Shown piece by piece: positions 17,292 to 27,133 of a DNA stretch of 64,000 bases. The translations under genes and the position numbers were made by a program. Location: positions 2,490,358-2,554,357 of the forward strand of contig CP070815.1 in NCBI GenBank assembly GCA_020344215.1, given 5' to 3'. How positions within the stretch are numbered: the stretch's first letter is position 1; each line of letters begins with the position of its first letter. The DNA is from Gemmatimonadota bacterium. Its GTDB lineage: Bacteria; Gemmatimonadota; Gemmatimonadetes; Palauibacterales; KS3-K002. The notes beneath the pieces were generated by a model that was not told where the DNA came from, made no database searches, and saw nothing but the letters and a program-made list of their open reading frames with translations.

Positions 17292-19466
17292 CTACTCGTA
17301 CCGCAGGATCGCCAACCCGGCGTTAGCGACGGCCGAGAGCTCGAGCTGTAGGTCGCTCATGTCGCCGTCCGCGTCCAGCTCGATGTAAAAGGGGCTCGAG
17401 GCGGCCAAGAATTCCGTGATCCCAGGACCCTTGAGATCGGCGAAGCTCGCCTGCACGGGCTGCAGCAGGTAGACGCCGGTCTGCTCGGGATCCTCCAGTA
17501 TGGTCCGCAGCTCCCACTTCGGGAACTGGTAGCGTTCCGCCAGGTTGGAAATGACCCGGTCGTCCGCCCAAAGCGCCACCGCCCAGTCGGCGAACAGGCG
17601 GAAGAAGTCCTCGCCGGTTTGGGCCTCGATATTGAGCACCCCATTCTCGGGTGCCGAGACGATGTCACGGAAGATGAAGTCGCCGTACTGCTCGGCGATC
17701 CAACGGAGGAACAGCCAGGCGGCACCGCGCTCGCCGAGCGTTCCGCCCCCCTCGACGGCAGTGAGCGAACTGGCGATCGGGTCGCTCAGAAACTGAGCTG
17801 ACCGGCCGAAGTTGTTCCAGTAGAGATCGTTAGCATCGTCGACCAAGCCGGCTCTGTAGGCTTCGTCGCCACCTAATTCCTCTGACATATGGGCCAAGCC
17901 CTCGCTCAGCCAGAGCTCTTCGAGATACGGCAGGTCGTTCACGAATAGCTTGAAGCGCGTGTTGACCATGTGCTCGGTCTCGTGGACCATGACCGCCGGC
18001 AGCACCTGGCGCACCCACTCAAGCTCGCGCACGTCGCCGAACTCGCCGGCGGGATCGGGCACGAGCCCGTAAAACAGCTCGCCGTCGTTCGAGAACTCGC
18101 AGGACGGGCAGGCATCACTCGGCGGGAAGAGATCGATCCCAAAGAAGAAGCCGACGACGATGCCCTCCGCATCGGGTGGTGTGAGCTTGTTGACGGTGGG
18201 TGAGAAGAGAACGATCACGCGATCGTTGTTGTCGACGTCGGTCGGCTCACCAAAGTAGTCGACATCCGTCAGATAGAGAATCCGATCGTACAACTCGCCG
18301 AGATCCCTGATGTCGTCCTGGCTCAGACCGGCCTCCGGTGCGGCGTTGTCCACGTAAAGAAGCGTGTGGACGCCAATGTATTCCAGGGTCGCCGTGACGC
18401 GGTCGTAGTCGTCTTCGGTAACGTCGGGTAGCGCATCGGAGTCCTTGATGACCCAGAACCGACGTGTGCTGCCGGAGTCCGGCTGGGCCAACGCCTGCGC
18501 GCGCAAGGGAGCCGCGGGCTCAATAAGCTCGAGCGCCGCGAGCTGCTGCTCGATGGCCCGCAGCCGGGCGTCGAAGGTTACCGGCTGCGGCGCCGCGGCG
18601 CCCTGGACTCTCAAGAACATCACGCTGCTGCCGCCCAGCGAGACCTCGACCTGGGCGCTCGTCTCGAACTCAGCGCTCAAGGCGACCAGCAGGTATCTCG
18701 AGGTGCCGCCGTCGGCGGGCAGCACAGCGCAACCGACCTCGGTGCTGCCCTCCATCACCAGCACCTGGCCTACCTGGAACGGCTCGGCCGGCACGGAGAC
18801 GGTGAGCGTCTGTGCCGGGCCCGTGTAAGCGCCGGTCCTGAGCCGTACTTCCACCGACTTGGTGCCGGCACAGACGCTAGCCGGCGCGGGGACGACGACG
18901 CTGAGAGTAGCCGGCGAGCCGTCCTGCCGGTCGGTGATCGTGCCTATGACGCCGTCGAAGAGGACGTCGATCGGCATCCCGGTCTGGAGGTCGTTCACGA
19001 CCACCTCCACGACGTCACCGGGATCGACGGAGCTTGGCGATATCGACTGGATCGATGGCGCGGGCAGCACTGTGATCGGCCCGATGACGATCGGGTCGAC
19101 CCCGCTAGCGCTCGCCCGGACCTGCAGGTCCCCCTCGATGTCGCCCAACACGATTCGGGTCGTGGCCTCGCCATCCTCATTCGTGACCGAGGAGGTGCGG
19201 GTCGGCTCGCCGTCGCCCTCGATGACCCTCCACGTGACGGTCACGCCCTGTTCCCAGGCCCCGCTGTCGATGCTGCGCACGGCCACGACCAGCGGCTCGG
19301 AGAGCACCGTGCCCGGCACGCCACTCTGGCCGCTGCCTGATATGTAGACAAGCTCGAACTCACTCGGGCCCGTCCCATCGTCATCGCCGCAGGCGGCCAC
19401 GACGCCGATAGCAAGAGCCAGAGTCAGAAGTCTGACGATCTTCTTGTATGGCGCTGCCATGCTCAC
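17292..19466 (-). CDS. Secreted lipoprotein zinc metallopeptidase (HExxH)
   Basis: The lipobox is VVAACG. A zinc-binding motif HETEH is present with a downstream Glu (SEGLAH). Length is 724 aa. The family is unassigned. Confidence 0.5.
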   Translation of the reverse strand: MSMAAPYKKIVRLLTLALAIGVVAACGDDDGTGPSEFELVYISGSGQSGVPGTVLSEPLVVAVRSIDSGAWEQGVTVTWRVIEGDGEPTRTSSVTNEDGEATTRIVLGDIEGDLQVRASASGVDPIVIGPITVLPAPSIQSISPSSVDPGDVVEVVVNDLQTGMPIDVLFDGVIGTITDRQDGSPATLSVVVPAPASVCAGTKSVEVRLRTGAYTGPAQTLTVSVPAEPFQVGQVLVMEGSTEVGCAVLPADGGTSRYLLVALSAEFETSAQVEVSLGGSSVMFLRVQGAAAPQPVTFDARLRAIEQQLAALELIEPAAPLRAQALAQPDSGSTRRFWVIKDSDALPDVTEDDYDRVTATLEYIGVHTLLYVDNAAPEAGLSQDDIRDLGELYDRILYLTDVDYFGEPTDVDNNDRVIVLFSPTVNKLTPPDAEGIVVGFFFGIDLFPPSDACPSCEFSNDGELFYGLVPDPAGEFGDVRELEWVRQVLPAVMVHETEHMVNTRFKLFVNDLPYLEELWLSEGLAHMSEELGGDEAYRAGLVDDANDLYWNNFGRSAQFLSDPIASSLTAVEGGGTLGERGAAWLFLRWIAEQYGDFIFRDIVSAPENGVLNIEAQTGEDFFRLFADWAVALWADDRVISNLAERYQFPKWELRTILEDPEQTGVYLLQPVQASFADLKGPGITEFLAASSPFYIELDADGDMSDLQLELSAVANAGLAILRYE

Positions 19467-19732
19467 CCCTCACCTTCTTGCGTGCTGACGCCGCACCGGC
19501 GGCCGGACGAGAGCGCCGGCATCTGGGCTCAAAGATACACCGTGGTGCGTTACCGTGCAGGCGGCCCGCTTGCGGGCGAGCCGGCCGGAAACCAGCGGGG
19601 GTACTGCGGATTGCTAAGATACCCCCTCGAGGTTCGACTCGCCAGCCGCACCGATCGTTAAACGCGACATGCGGGGCAGAAACATAGCCGCGGTCCGGCG
19701 GCGAGGCGTGAATCGCTCGCGACCGCCGATCC

Positions 19733-20755
19733 TCAGCCTTCGGGGACCTCCGGCTCGATATCGGTCAGGTCGATCACCGGGCTGCCGAGCAATTGCGAGC
19801 GACCCGTCCGCACCCGTCCCACGACGGTCACGTAGTCCAGCGGCTGTAGGCTCTCGGCAATCGGCAGCAGGTCTTCCGGCACCGCCAGGTAGACGAAGCC
19901 GGCGTCGCCCGCCGCCCCGCGCGCATGGATGAACGGCTCGCCTTCCTCGAAGTCCGACCGTGCCCGCTCGGCCCGCCGCAGCGAGATGAACTGGACGCGC
20001 CAGCGCACGAGCGCGCCCCGGTAGCGGCCGGGATCGGCGCGCAGCTGCGCCGGTGTCAGATCGCCGGTGTCAGCAAGGTTGAGAGCGGAGTCGAGAGCGG
20101 CAGGGCCATAGACCCACCCGTCGAGGCGGATCCGGATCCAGTCTCCGGTTCGACCCAGCACCTGGGCCTGCGCGCCGGGCTGGAAGGTCGCGATCGTGTC
20201 GCCGTCAGGAGTGGCATAAACGACTAGCGGAGAGACCGCGGTGACCAGCGGCGGCGCGCCTTCCTCATCTCCAACCGCACCTGGCGTCTGCACTCCGGAC
20301 CCCGGCGGCGTCCCGCTGATGTCGAGCGATGCCCTCCACAGCCAGCCGCGGCGCCGCACCTGGATCCAGCTGCCACTCGCGCTCGCGCCCACACGCTCCA
20401 GCAGGCAGCCCTCCAGCAAGCGGGCGACTATGGCGCCGTTCGGACGCACGCGCAGATTCTCGCCGCCCGCCGCCCGCACGCTGAGATCGAAACCGTCCCG
20501 ACTCGTCGCTGCCACCGACGGCGCCCATATCCAGCCACCCAGCTCCACCTGGGCCCAACCCCCCTGCTCACCGATCAGCGGCAGCTCGGCGCCCTGCATC
20601 ACGGTGGCCAGCTGGGTTCCGTTGGGGTCGCGGCGGAAGTTCTCCTCCGAGGCGCGCACCCGGACCGTAGCCTGGGCGTATAACGCCCCCGGCAGCATCG
20701 TGAAAAGCAGTAGAAGGATGGTCCAGCGGACGAAGCGCATCATCCCGACTCTCAT
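19733..20755 (-). CDS. Secreted protein with three bacterial SH3-like (SH3b) repeats
   Basis: Three repeats ending in W are present: ...GWAQVELGGWIWA, ...GSWIQVRRRGWLWRA, ...GDWIRIRLDGWVYGPA. A signal peptide is present. GGGGAGAG precedes the internal Met start. Confidence 0.6.
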   Translation of the reverse strand: MRVGMMRFVRWTILLLLFTMLPGALYAQATVRVRASEENFRRDPNGTQLATVMQGAELPLIGEQGGWAQVELGGWIWAPSVAATSRDGFDLSVRAAGGENLRVRPNGAIVARLLEGCLLERVGASASGSWIQVRRRGWLWRASLDISGTPPGSGVQTPGAVGDEEGAPPLVTAVSPLVVYATPDGDTIATFQPGAQAQVLGRTGDWIRIRLDGWVYGPAALDSALNLADTGDLTPAQLRADPGRYRGALVRWRVQFISLRRAERARSDFEEGEPFIHARGAAGDAGFVYLAVPEDLLPIAESLQPLDYVTVVGRVRTGRSQLLGSPVIDLTDIEPEVPEG

Positions 20756-20867
20756 ACTCTCCCCTCCCCGGCCTGCGTGGCCGCTCCGCCCTTGACGCCT
20801 AACGCCCTGGGGCGCTGTTGTCAATCGTCCGCAGTTGCGCGCCGGCCGCGCCGCCTTAAACTGCCGT

Positions 20868-21605
20868 ATGCCAAAGCTCAAGACCCTGTCGCTACTGGCC
20901 GTTCTTGCGGTAAGCCTCGTCTGGCCGGAGGGAGCAGGCGCCCAGCAGGTGCCGTCCCCCTACAGGTTCATCGAGGCGAAGCAGGATCTCGGCATTACAG
21001 TCAGCTATGTCTATGCCGACCCGGGTGCAGCCAATTTCGGGCCCCAAGCAGGGCCAGCCATCTCCGTCCGCTACACCCGGAGCATCAGCCGCCCCGTCAG
21101 TATAACCCCGAGCCTCACCTACTTTACCAGCGAGCGAGAGGTCATCGACCCGTCGCTCGAAGAAGGCGAGGGCGGCGGGAGCGGCTCCCAAGTCGTGGGA
21201 ACCGAAAGTATCGATCTCCTGCTCGTCGCCGGCCGCTTCAACCTGAACCTGACAGGCACGCGCACCTGGCACAGGCTGGTCCCGTACTTGTCCGGGGGCC
21301 TCGGTATCGCCTTCGAGCTTACCGGCGCCACCACGTGCTTCGAAGGGTCGACGAACCCGGATTGCCAGATCGAGCCGCGTGAGCGGTTCGACTTCGGGAC
21401 CAGCTTCCTGCTGCAGCTCGGATTCGGGACCGTTTGGCTGCCGCGCCAGCGCATCGGCGTGCGCCTCGAGTTCCTCAACCACATCTGGCGCCTCGCAACA
21501 CCCCCCGGCTACTACGACCCTGGGGTCACCATCGTGCCCATTCCGTCCGGAAAGGACTGGACCAACAACCTCGAGCTCGGCCTGACCCTGTCGTACTGGT
21601 TCTGA
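20868..21605 (+). CDS. Outer-membrane beta-barrel protein
   Basis: A signal peptide ends AGAQQ. Alternating amphipathic strands are present. The C-terminus is the canonical LSYWF. Confidence 0.6.
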   Translation: MPKLKTLSLLAVLAVSLVWPEGAGAQQVPSPYRFIEAKQDLGITVSYVYADPGAANFGPQAGPAISVRYTRSISRPVSITPSLTYFTSEREVIDPSLEEGEGGGSGSQVVGTESIDLLLVAGRFNLNLTGTRTWHRLVPYLSGGLGIAFELTGATTCFEGSTNPDCQIEPRERFDFGTSFLLQLGFGTVWLPRQRIGVRLEFLNHIWRLATPPGYYDPGVTIVPIPSGKDWTNNLELGLTLSYWF

Positions 21606-21971
21606 TCCGCCAGAACCCCGTCTGAGCCGCCCCCCGCTCGCCGCAGCTCCTGCCCCGTCCCGGAGGTCGTCGCGAGCCCAAGAGGGGCACCGAGGGGGCC
21701 CCGGGCCGGCACTCTCCCCGCATCTTGCGCAATCGGCGCGAAGCATGTCAGATTATTCACGTCATTGCTGCCTAACATCACCGTAAGCATCGATGCGGTC
21801 CGGGAGAGGTATCCACGTGCGCATTAGCCGTGAAACGGGGGCACGGCAGCGGGATTCGCCCGCCGCAGCAGCTCCGGTATTCCGCCGGAGGTCCGCAGGC
21901 CTGTAATCCAACGTACGTTCCACTAGCCGGGCGCTCTACGGGGGCCTGGCTCCGAAGCCTGGAGGAGTAAG

Positions 21972-22535
21972 ATGCGTAAAGCTTTACTAGCAGTCGTCCT
22001 CGTCTTGTTCGCGGCTAGCCCGGCACTGGCGCAGAACCCGATCGAGCTCGGGGCGGACCTAGGGTTCTGGTACTCGAGCACGGGGAAGATCGGCGAAACC
22101 GAGTTCGTTGACGTCACGACCATTGCGCTGCCGGTCGCGTTCCGGGCGGGGTTCTTCCTCAACGACAACATCTCGATTGAGCCCTCGGCCGGCGTCTACT
22201 GGTACAAGGAGAGCGATGACGGCACCGAGATTTCCTTCATGACCTTCCTGGCCGACGTGCTCTACCACTTTAACACGTCCGGTGACACGCAGTTCTTCGT
22301 GCACGGTGGCGGCGGCATCAATGTGGTCAAGGGTGGTGAAGGCGGCGAGTCCGAGTCCAACCTGCAGTTTGGATTCGACGGTGGTGCCGGCGTGAAGTTC
22401 CCCATTGTGGAGAGGCTCTTCTTCCGCCTCGGCGGTCGGGTGCTCTACCTGTTGGAGAACGACAAGGACGAGTTCCCACGGGCGTCCAGCTTCAACATCA
22501 TCGGCACGCTCGGTCTGTCGATGATGACGATGTAG
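21972..22535 (+). CDS. Small outer-membrane beta-barrel protein (OmpW/porin-family-like)
   Basis: The signal peptide reads AASPALAQNP. The body is Gly- and aromatic-rich with alternating strands. Confidence 0.55.
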   Translation: MRKALLAVVLVLFAASPALAQNPIELGADLGFWYSSTGKIGETEFVDVTTIALPVAFRAGFFLNDNISIEPSAGVYWYKESDDGTEISFMTFLADVLYHFNTSGDTQFFVHGGGGINVVKGGEGGESESNLQFGFDGGAGVKFPIVERLFFRLGGRVLYLLENDKDEFPRASSFNIIGTLGLSMMTM

Positions 22536-22583
22536 GTTCGTAGTTTTGAGCGGCACGCTCGTGAGCGGCCGCTTGACAACTTG

Positions 22584-22628
22584 GCACCCCCCGGCCAGAG
22601 CACGTTGGCCGGGGGGTGCTGGGTTTTT
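22584..22628 (+). terminator. Rho-independent terminator: a perfect 14-bp stem (gcaccccccggcca/tggccggggggtgc) followed by a T5 run
   Basis: It lies 49 nt after the stop of the outer-membrane protein gene and is followed by gggttttt. Confidence 0.75.
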
Positions 22629-22731
22629 CAGCTGGGGCACTTTGCTGCCGCCACCCGTCGGCATGTCGCTTGGCCCCCGTTCATCACCGCGCCCCAGTCA
22701 TCATCCTTAGCGGCCCGAGGACTATAGGGCG

Positions 22732-24843
22732 ATGAGGACCGACACCACTGCAGCCGCTACCTTGGTGCTGATACTCGCCGCGGCACCCGCCGCTGCTCAG
22801 CGACCCGTCGGCGTCCCGGCTGACAGCGTCTTTCTCTACAAGCTCGAGGGGATCTCGGTCACCGTCTCACGCTCAGCCCTGGAGGTGGAGCGGCTTCCTT
22901 ACGCCGTCGGCGTGCTGGGCGCGGAGGACGTCCAGGGGCTCGAGGCCACGATCTCGCTGGACGAGTCGCTGGCCCAGATTCCTGGCGTGTTCGTCGACAA
23001 CCGGTACAACTTCGCCCTCGGGGCCCGCATCTCGATCCGCGGATTCGGCGCCCGCACCCAGTTCGGTGTGCGCGGCGTCCGCATCATCCAGGACGGGATC
23101 CCGCTGACGCTACCCGACGGCCAAGCGCAGACAGGCAACCTCGACCTGGGCGCCGCCGGTCGCATCGAGGTGATCCGCGGTCCCGCCTCGGCACTGTACG
23201 GCAACGCCAGCGGCGGCGTGATCAGCGTGCAGACCGAGTCGGCACCGGCGGCGGCGCTGCGGCCCGAGTTCCGGGCACTGGCCGGCGGCTACGGCAACGG
23301 CCGCTCATACCAGAAGTACGACTTGAAGCTCGGAGGGCAGCAGGGGCGCTTCGACTACCTCGGTCACCTCGCCTACTTCGACAGCGACGGCTTCCGCACG
23401 CACAGCGAGGCGACGTACACGCTGCTCAACGCGCGCCTCCGCTACGAGCTGGACAGGAACGCCGACCTCACCCTGGTGGTCAACTACGCGGACGCGCCGC
23501 AGGCCGAGAATCCGAGCACGCTGACCGACTCTGTCGCCAGGGTGAAGCCGGACACGGTCCGCGACATAGTGCTACCGCCGGAGGAATGCCCGCCGGACCC
23601 CGGGTTCGGTGGCTGCCAGAACCTGGGCGAGGAGTTCCGACAGGGGCAGGCCGGGGTCACCTACCGCCGCAGGTTCGGGGGCACTCACGAGATCTCGCTC
23701 ATGGGCTACGGCCTGTTCCGTGAGCTGGAGAACCGGATCCCCTTCCGGCTCATCGAGCTCGACCGGCTCGGGGGCGGAGCGCGGGCGGAGTACCGCCTCA
23801 CCCCGGCGGAGGGTCGCCTGGCCCGCTTGACCGCCGGGCTCGACCTCGACAGCCAGTGGGACGACCGAGTCGAGCTCGTACGCGACGACGAGACGGTCGG
23901 GCCGGCGGCGCTCGACCAGGATGAGAGGGTCACGGCGCTTGGGCTCTTCGCGCACGGCGGCCTGGTTCTCGCCTCCGGGCTCGAGCTGACGCTCAGCCTC
24001 CGCTACGATCGTGTCCGCTTCCAGGTGGATGACCGCCTGGTCACGGGCGACGATCCCGACGACTCCGGAACGCGCAACATGGACCAATGGAGCCCGATGG
24101 TGGGGCTGAGCTACAGCTACGCAACCTGGCTCAACCTCTACGGCAACGTTGGGCGATCGTTCCAGACGCCCACGACCACCGAGCTCACCGACACGCTCGG
24201 TGGTTTCAACGCGGAGTTGCAGCCCGAGCGCGCCACGAACTACGAAATCGGTGTGAAAGGCACTGCCGGCGGACGGGCGAGCTACAGCCTCGCCCTATTC
24301 CACACCGATGTGGAGGACCAGCTCATCGGTTCCGCGGCGGCCGGGACCGAGCGTGTCCTTTTCGAGAACGCCGGCTCGAGCGTGCACGAAGGGATCGAGG
24401 TGGGGATCTCAGCGCTCGTCGCCCCCAGCTTGACTGCGACGGCCGCTTATACGTACTCCGACTTCAAGTTCGAGGAGTTCGTCACCGAGGCCGGTGATTT
24501 CAGCCGGAACCGGGTCCCGGGTGTCCCGCCGCACCGGCTGCACGCGCGTCTCGGCTACGCAGGCGGCCGGGGACTCTCCGGTTCGCTGCAACTGACCGCG
24601 GCCGACGACCACTTCGTCGACAACGCGAGCGAGAGCCGCAACGACGGCTACACCGTCGTCGACCTGCGTCTCGGATTCACCGCGCACACCCCCGGCTTCG
24701 AGATCGCACCCTTCCTGGGGCTCAACAACCTCTTCGACGAGCGCTACAACTCATCGGTCGTCGTCAACGCGATCGCCGGTCGCTACTACGAACCGGCTCC
24801 GGGGCGGAACCTCTACGTTGGCGTCCGCCTGAGCACCCGGTAG
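22732..24843 (+). CDS. TonB-dependent outer-membrane receptor
   Basis: A plug-domain motif (DESLAQIPGVFVDNRYNFALGARISIRGFGAR) is present. Length is 703 aa with beta-barrel periodicity. Confidence 0.85.
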   Translation: MRTDTTAAATLVLILAAAPAAAQRPVGVPADSVFLYKLEGISVTVSRSALEVERLPYAVGVLGAEDVQGLEATISLDESLAQIPGVFVDNRYNFALGARISIRGFGARTQFGVRGVRIIQDGIPLTLPDGQAQTGNLDLGAAGRIEVIRGPASALYGNASGGVISVQTESAPAAALRPEFRALAGGYGNGRSYQKYDLKLGGQQGRFDYLGHLAYFDSDGFRTHSEATYTLLNARLRYELDRNADLTLVVNYADAPQAENPSTLTDSVARVKPDTVRDIVLPPEECPPDPGFGGCQNLGEEFRQGQAGVTYRRRFGGTHEISLMGYGLFRELENRIPFRLIELDRLGGGARAEYRLTPAEGRLARLTAGLDLDSQWDDRVELVRDDETVGPAALDQDERVTALGLFAHGGLVLASGLELTLSLRYDRVRFQVDDRLVTGDDPDDSGTRNMDQWSPMVGLSYSYATWLNLYGNVGRSFQTPTTTELTDTLGGFNAELQPERATNYEIGVKGTAGGRASYSLALFHTDVEDQLIGSAAAGTERVLFENAGSSVHEGIEVGISALVAPSLTATAAYTYSDFKFEEFVTEAGDFSRNRVPGVPPHRLHARLGYAGGRGLSGSLQLTAADDHFVDNASESRNDGYTVVDLRLGFTAHTPGFEIAPFLGLNNLFDERYNSSVVVNAIAGRYYEPAPGRNLYVGVRLSTR

Positions 24844-24980
24844 CTCCCGCTCCTTCCTCCCGCTCGTACTCCCGCTCGTAATCGTGATCGTGATCCTACT
24901 CGTACTCGCGCTCCCGTATTTCCGAGTACGAGTACGAGGACGAGTACGAGCAGGAGGAGGAGGGGGAGGAGGAGGGGGGG
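24844..24980. repeat. Copy R2 of the hexamer-repeat hairpin family: CTCCTCCCGCTCGTACTC...CGTAATCGTGATCGTGATC...loop...GAGTACGAGTACGAGGACGAGTACGAGCAGGAGGAGG
   Basis: This is an imperfect inverted repeat of about 130 nt. Its arms are period-6 units of CGTNAT and ACGAGN. It begins at the TonB-dependent receptor stop codon. Confidence 0.65.
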
Positions 24981-25054
24981 CAGGCTACTGGCTAGCGGCG
25001 GCGCACACCCTATATTCGGCGTCATATCAGCGATCGAACCCGGGAGGCCTGTCG

Positions 25055-25606
25055 ATGGAGAAGAACGAGCCTACAGCGAGCCAGCGGTCCTCGTTCGTCA
25101 GACGGTTCGTGGGCGCGGCGACGTTCAAGGTCCCGATCTACGAGGAGGTCGAGCACGACAAGGCTGCCACCGGCCAGGCGGCGGGCGTAGTGGGGGTAGT
25201 GGCGGTGGCGGCGGCGCTAGGCGGCCTCGAGCTGGGGCCGGGCGGTCTCGTCGCCGGCATCGTCGGCGCCTACTTCGGCTGGGCGCTCTGGTCGGCGACC
25301 TGCTACCTGGTGGGCGTGCAACTGTTCGAGGGCACCGCCGACTGGGGCGAGCTCTTGCGGACCATCGGCTTCGCGCAGGCCCCGGGCATCCTCCTCGTGC
25401 TGCGGGCCCTGCCGGGCGCGGGGACCTGGCTCCACCTGGCGGTTTTGTTGTGGATGATCGGGACCGTGCTGGTGGCGATTCGGCAGGCTCTGGACTTCTC
25501 GACCGGTCGAGCGCTCGCCACCGCGTTCGCCGGCTTCGTTCCGTACGTGCTGGCGCGAACGCTGATCGAGCTGCTGTTCGGCGTGACCCCGAGGATCCTA
25601 CCCTAG
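25055..25606 (+). CDS. Yip1-family integral membrane protein
   Basis: Gly/Ala-rich TM helices are present with the topology typical of Yip1/DUF1282. The start was set at an internal Met; the ORF-track N-extension comes from reading through R2. Confidence 0.5.
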   Translation: MEKNEPTASQRSSFVRRFVGAATFKVPIYEEVEHDKAATGQAAGVVGVVAVAAALGGLELGPGGLVAGIVGAYFGWALWSATCYLVGVQLFEGTADWGELLRTIGFAQAPGILLVLRALPGAGTWLHLAVLLWMIGTVLVAIRQALDFSTGRALATAFAGFVPYVLARTLIELLFGVTPRILP

Positions 25607-25626
25607 AAGCGGAGCGTGACCGTCAC

Positions 25627-26058
25627 ATGTTCTACGTCCGTGAAGATGACACGTACGTCGTCCGCTTCGAGGACGGAGAGGTTTTCCCGGGCAGGTTTCT
25701 CGAGTTTCTTTCAGCGCGCGAACTGACCAGCGGCAGCTTCATCGGCATCGGCGCCATGAAGCGAACCACTATCGCGTTCTTCGATACGGGCACAAAGGAG
25801 TACCTGGACCGTGAGCTCGACGAGCAGATGGAGGTCCTGGCGATTGTCGGCAACGTGGCGCTGCACGCGGGCAAGCCGCTGGTCCACGCACACATCGTCC
25901 TGGGACGAAGCGACTACTCGGTGGTCGGCGGCCACCTGCGCGAGGGGATCGTGCGCCCGACCCTCGAGCTGACGTTGCGCGCCGGCAGCGAGCCGCTGCA
26001 GCGGGCGGTCGATCCGAAGTACGGGCTCCCGGCACTCGAACTAAAGGAACACTTCTAG
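25627..26058 (+). CDS. PPC-domain (DUF296) protein
   Basis: The start MFYVREDDTYVVRFEDGEVFP... and an overall length of about 140 aa match PPC-domain proteins. Confidence 0.5.
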   Translation: MFYVREDDTYVVRFEDGEVFPGRFLEFLSARELTSGSFIGIGAMKRTTIAFFDTGTKEYLDRELDEQMEVLAIVGNVALHAGKPLVHAHIVLGRSDYSVVGGHLREGIVRPTLELTLRAGSEPLQRAVDPKYGLPALELKEHF

Positions 26059-26063
26059 ACAAA

Positions 26064-26489
26064 ATGCTACTCGATTCCGACACCATCGAGATCATCAAGA
26101 CCGCGAAGACGGTCGCGGTCGTCGGTTGCTCACCGAAGTCCTACCGCGACAGCAACTCCGTGGCCCGTTACCTGATGGAGCACGGCTACGCCATCGTGCC
26201 CATCAATCCCAAGCACGACATGATCCTCGGGGTGCGGAGCTATCGCGACCTGCTCACGGCGCGCGAGGCCGAAGGACCCATCCAGATCGTCGACATCTTC
26301 CGCGCCTCCGACCTGGTATCGCCGCACGTCAAGGAAGCGATCGAGATCGGCGCCAAGCTGGTCTGGATGCAGCTGGGCGTCGTCAACGAAGAGGCCGCGC
26401 TGCAAGCGCGCAGCGCCGGCCTCACCGTGGTCATGGATCAGTGCCTGAGGACCGTGCACAAGGAGCTCAGGCGCGAACGCCTGTTGTGA
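26064..26489 (+). CDS. CoA-binding domain protein (YccU-like)
   Basis: The Rossmann-like motif AKTVAVVGCSPK....GYAIVPINPK is present. Length is 141 aa. Confidence 0.75.
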   Translation: MLLDSDTIEIIKTAKTVAVVGCSPKSYRDSNSVARYLMEHGYAIVPINPKHDMILGVRSYRDLLTAREAEGPIQIVDIFRASDLVSPHVKEAIEIGAKLVWMQLGVVNEEAALQARSAGLTVVMDQCLRTVHKELRRERLL

Positions 26490-27133
26490 GCCAAGCGAGC
26501 GAGCCCGATTCACACGTACTCGCCGCGCTGCTGGCCGGTGGGCGTAACCGTCGCTACGGCGGGCACCCGAAGGCGCTGGAGAGCGTGGGTGGCGAGCTGA
26601 TCGCGGCGCGGGCGATCCGGACTCTGCAACAGGCGGTGGGCCGGGTCGTACTGGTGGCCAACGACGTCGACACGTACCGACCGCTGGGACTGGAGATCCG
26701 ACCCGACCTGCGGCCCGGCCTGGGCGCCCTGGGTGGGATCCATACCGCCGTCTGCTGGGCGGAAGAGGCGGGCTACCGCGGGGCCCTGGTCGCGGCGTGC
26801 GACATGCCGTTCCTCTCGGCGGAGCTTCTCAGAGAACTGGTAAGAGACGCCGCCGGCGACGAAGTCGTCGCGCCGGAGAGCGGATCGCGCCGCGGTCTGG
26901 AGCCGCTCTGCGCTTTCTATGGCAGCGGCTGCCGTGCCGCCATCGAAGCGGCGCTCGACAGAGGCGACCGCCACGTCATCTCATTCTTCCCCGATGTGCG
27001 GGTGACAAAGATCCCGCTCGAGGTCGTCATGCGGTTCGGCGACCCGGAGACCCTCTTCCTCAACGTCAACACACCTGAAGACCGGGAGCGGGCCGAGGAG
27101 TTGCTGTGCCGAACCGAGAGCGAGGAGAGATGA
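26486..27133 (+). CDS. mobA: Molybdenum cofactor guanylyltransferase
   Basis: The segment LAALLAGGRNRRYGGHPKAL matches the MobA nucleotide-binding motif. A GTG start overlaps the upstream stop. Confidence 0.7.
   Translation: MSQASEPDSHVLAALLAGGRNRRYGGHPKALESVGGELIAARAIRTLQQAVGRVVLVANDVDTYRPLGLEIRPDLRPGLGALGGIHTAVCWAEEAGYRGALVAACDMPFLSAELLRELVRDAAGDEVVAPESGSRRGLEPLCAFYGSGCRAAIEAALDRGDRHVISFFPDVRVTKIPLEVVMRFGDPETLFLNVNTPEDRERAEELLCRTESEER

Noticed and set aside
19590-19628. Hairpin ggggguac...uaccccc downstream of the SH3b gene
   Set aside because: The 7-bp stem has a 16-nt loop and no U-tract. It is too weak to call a terminator.
22536-22731. Cobalamin or other riboswitch upstream of the TonB-dependent receptor, and upstream of cbiM (39909..40039)
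   Set aside because: No B12-box (GCCACTG-like) or other recognisable riboswitch core was found. The cbiM leader is too short, and the TonB leader is dominated by the upstream terminator.
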